From the NCBI GenBank assembly GCA_043228905.1, contig JBHGNT010000004.1:20212001-20276000 (forward strand): 64,000 nt of DNA, in the 5' to 3' direction. This document shows positions 61,941 through 64,000 of the stretch, in pieces (the stretch's first letter is position 1; each line of letters starts with the position of its first letter). The notes beneath the pieces were generated by a model. The model saw only the letters and a list, made by a program, of their open reading frames with translations, did no database searches and had not been told where the DNA came from. The position numbers and the translations under genes were made by a program. The DNA is from Azolla caroliniana (lineage: Eukaryota; Plantae; Polypodiophyta).

Positions 61941-64000
61941 AAGGTCATGGTTTCAACAAGAGACACGCCGACCACTATGTCTTTGTGAAGAAATATGAGG
62001 GAGGAGACTTTCTCATCCTCCTATTGTATGTTGATGACATGTTGGTTGTCGGACAGAACTTCAAGAAAATTGGAAGCTTGAAAAAGGCACTAAGCAAGTC
62101 GTTTGAAATGAAGGATATGAGTCCGACAAAGCAGATTCTAGGAATGCACATTGTCAGGCACCGAACAAAGAAGTTGTTGTGGTTGTCACGAGAGAAGTAT
62201 GTGACAAAGGTGCTCCGGAGATTCAACATGCAAGATATGAAACCGGTCGGCTCGACTCTGCCGACAAACAACAAGCTGTCCAAGAGCCAATGTCTGAAGA
62301 CAAAAGCAGGGAAAGCTGAGATGAACAAGATCTCGTATGCCTCAACAGTCAGAAGCTTGATGTATGCAGTGGTTTGACCCAGGCCGGACATTGCATATGT
62401 TGTCGGAGTAGTCAAATGATTTATGGGTAATCCCGGCAAGGAGCATTGGGCTGCGGTCAAGTGGATACTTCGGTACCTGATAGGGACCTCAAGCATGTGT
62501 CTCTGATTCAGCTCAGGTAACCCCGTGCTAGAAGGGTTCACAAATTCCAACATGTCGGCTGATGCAAATACGTGATGATGTTTGCAGGGGGAGCCATCTC
62601 ATCACAGTTGAGGTTGTAGAAGGTTGTGGCTCTGTCAACCACCAGAAGCGAAGTATGTTGTTGTCGTCAAAGCCGGCAAGGAAATCGTATGGATGAGAGA
62701 TTTCATCAGTGAGTTAGGAATGAGGCAGGAACAATTCCGACTGCACTGTGACAATCAAAGTGCCATCCACCTTGCTAAGAATGCCGCCTACCACTCTAGA
62801 ACTAATCATATCCAGCGGAGATATCATTGTCTTAGAGAGAGGATAGAAGAAAGGGATTTTTTCTTGGTAAAGATCCATACAGACTACAATGGATCAGACA
62901 TGCTGACCAAGGTGCTACTTGCAGACAAGCTGAATGCATGCTGACATCGAGTAGATCTGCTGAATTACACCATCCTGGAGTGAAGGGGGAGCTTGTTTGG
63001 ATAACTGTTCCCTCCGGATGGGATGAGTTGGAAAGCCAGGCCGGCAGAGAGCCAAATCGGATGTGAGCCAACAAAGAGCTGAATCGAATGAAGGCCGGCA
63101 GAGAGCCGAATGCTGATTCGGCCGTAGCTAATTAGAGGCTACATTTGTAAATAGACCATACTATGTATAAGTATAAATATAACTAGGGCAATCACTATGT
63201 ATGTGGACTGTGTGTGATCATCAAGGTTGTAATCACTGAGAAATCTAAGTGTGTGAGTGAGTGTGTGTATCCGTCTGCAAGACGAAGACGATCTCAAGGT
63301 CGTTGCCCGAGTCTCCTGCATTCTCTCATTCATATAGTGATTCTGTTTGGAGTCTATGAACTCCCGTGGTTTTTCCCATTTAGGGTTTTCCACGTTAAAT
63401 CTCGTGTCTTGTTGTCTGTGTTTTTTTTTTGTTTTCGGTTTACTCTCTTGTCTTTGCATTTTGTTTGCTGACCGGTTGTGGCCTGTCCCTCATTTACAAC
63501 AAGGGATATCATTACAAGATGTTCTATAATCTTCCTAATTGAAAGATGTTCTTGAACTCGTGATTTTTTCCCTTAAGCATAATGATAAATCTACCACGGT
63601 AATGTAGCCAGAAAGCAATTGCTCTTTGTCAAGGTAGAAGAAATGGAACCATTTACTGAATGTTATACGGAGATTAGTAGCAACCTTGAGTTGAATGAGG
63701 CAGCATTACTTATGACAATAATTAGCTAGATGTTCTATTCTGAGGTGGTGATTCATCTTCATGGTTTGCAAAATAATAGCTTCGAGAATACTAAGATGAA
63801 TTTATGCAAGCTCAAAAACGTCAGTTCCTTGCTTTGCAAGGCAGGTGATTCAATAGGTTCAATTAGTTAGCACAAACATAGAATACTATATGAGACAGAA
63901 TTTCACCTTCAAGAATCACTAGAAACCCGAAACAAGTACATGCTCAGAATAAGCATGCTATAATCATACTCTTGTACAGGAATAATGATGATATGACAAA

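Larger units (their letters stand above)
60600..63501 (+). mobile_element. Degenerate Ty1/copia element (RT, RNase H, 3' LTR) inside a SOS1 intron, antisense to the gene
   Basis: LPEGKKAVRNKWVYKLK, RYKARIVVKGF, KTAFLH, LRKSLYGLKQ, LLYVDDML and CDNQSAIHLAKN...DMLTK. PPT GGAGTGAAGGGGGAG at ~62977-62991. LTR TGTTTG(62994)...ACAACA(63501). The left boundary is approximate. Confidence 0.92.

Overview
Nuclear genomic DNA of a land plant, most likely a fern or other seed-free plant. This is inferred from a Tcn1-like chromovirus, tRNA-Trp-primed gypsy elements and a PLS-PPR gene. The first 12 kb is a nest of three Ty3/gypsy elements: the 3' part of a chromovirus, a gag-only element, and a two-LTR element with a 4-bp TSD inserted in the gag-only element's LTR. 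An inverted pair of hAT-type MITEs with cross-matched TSDs follows, around a 100-N gap. Six host genes are supported: a SAM-dependent methyltransferase with uORFs, an uncharacterised MRREGR-family protein, a PLS-E PPR with a decayed DYW tail, a 7-exon PRONE RopGEF, a 77-aa single-TM protein, and the 3' ten exons of SOS1/NHX7. LINE fragments, a triply interrupted copia remnant in a SOS1 intron, tandem repeats and microsatellites fill the rest. The strongest leads are a probable -1 ribosomal frameshift signal between gag-PR and RT, a tRNA-like A/B-box at the start of a chromovirus LTR, the gag-only partner element, the MITE-bounded inversion and a candidate conserved-peptide uORF. All calls were made by eye and no database searches were run.
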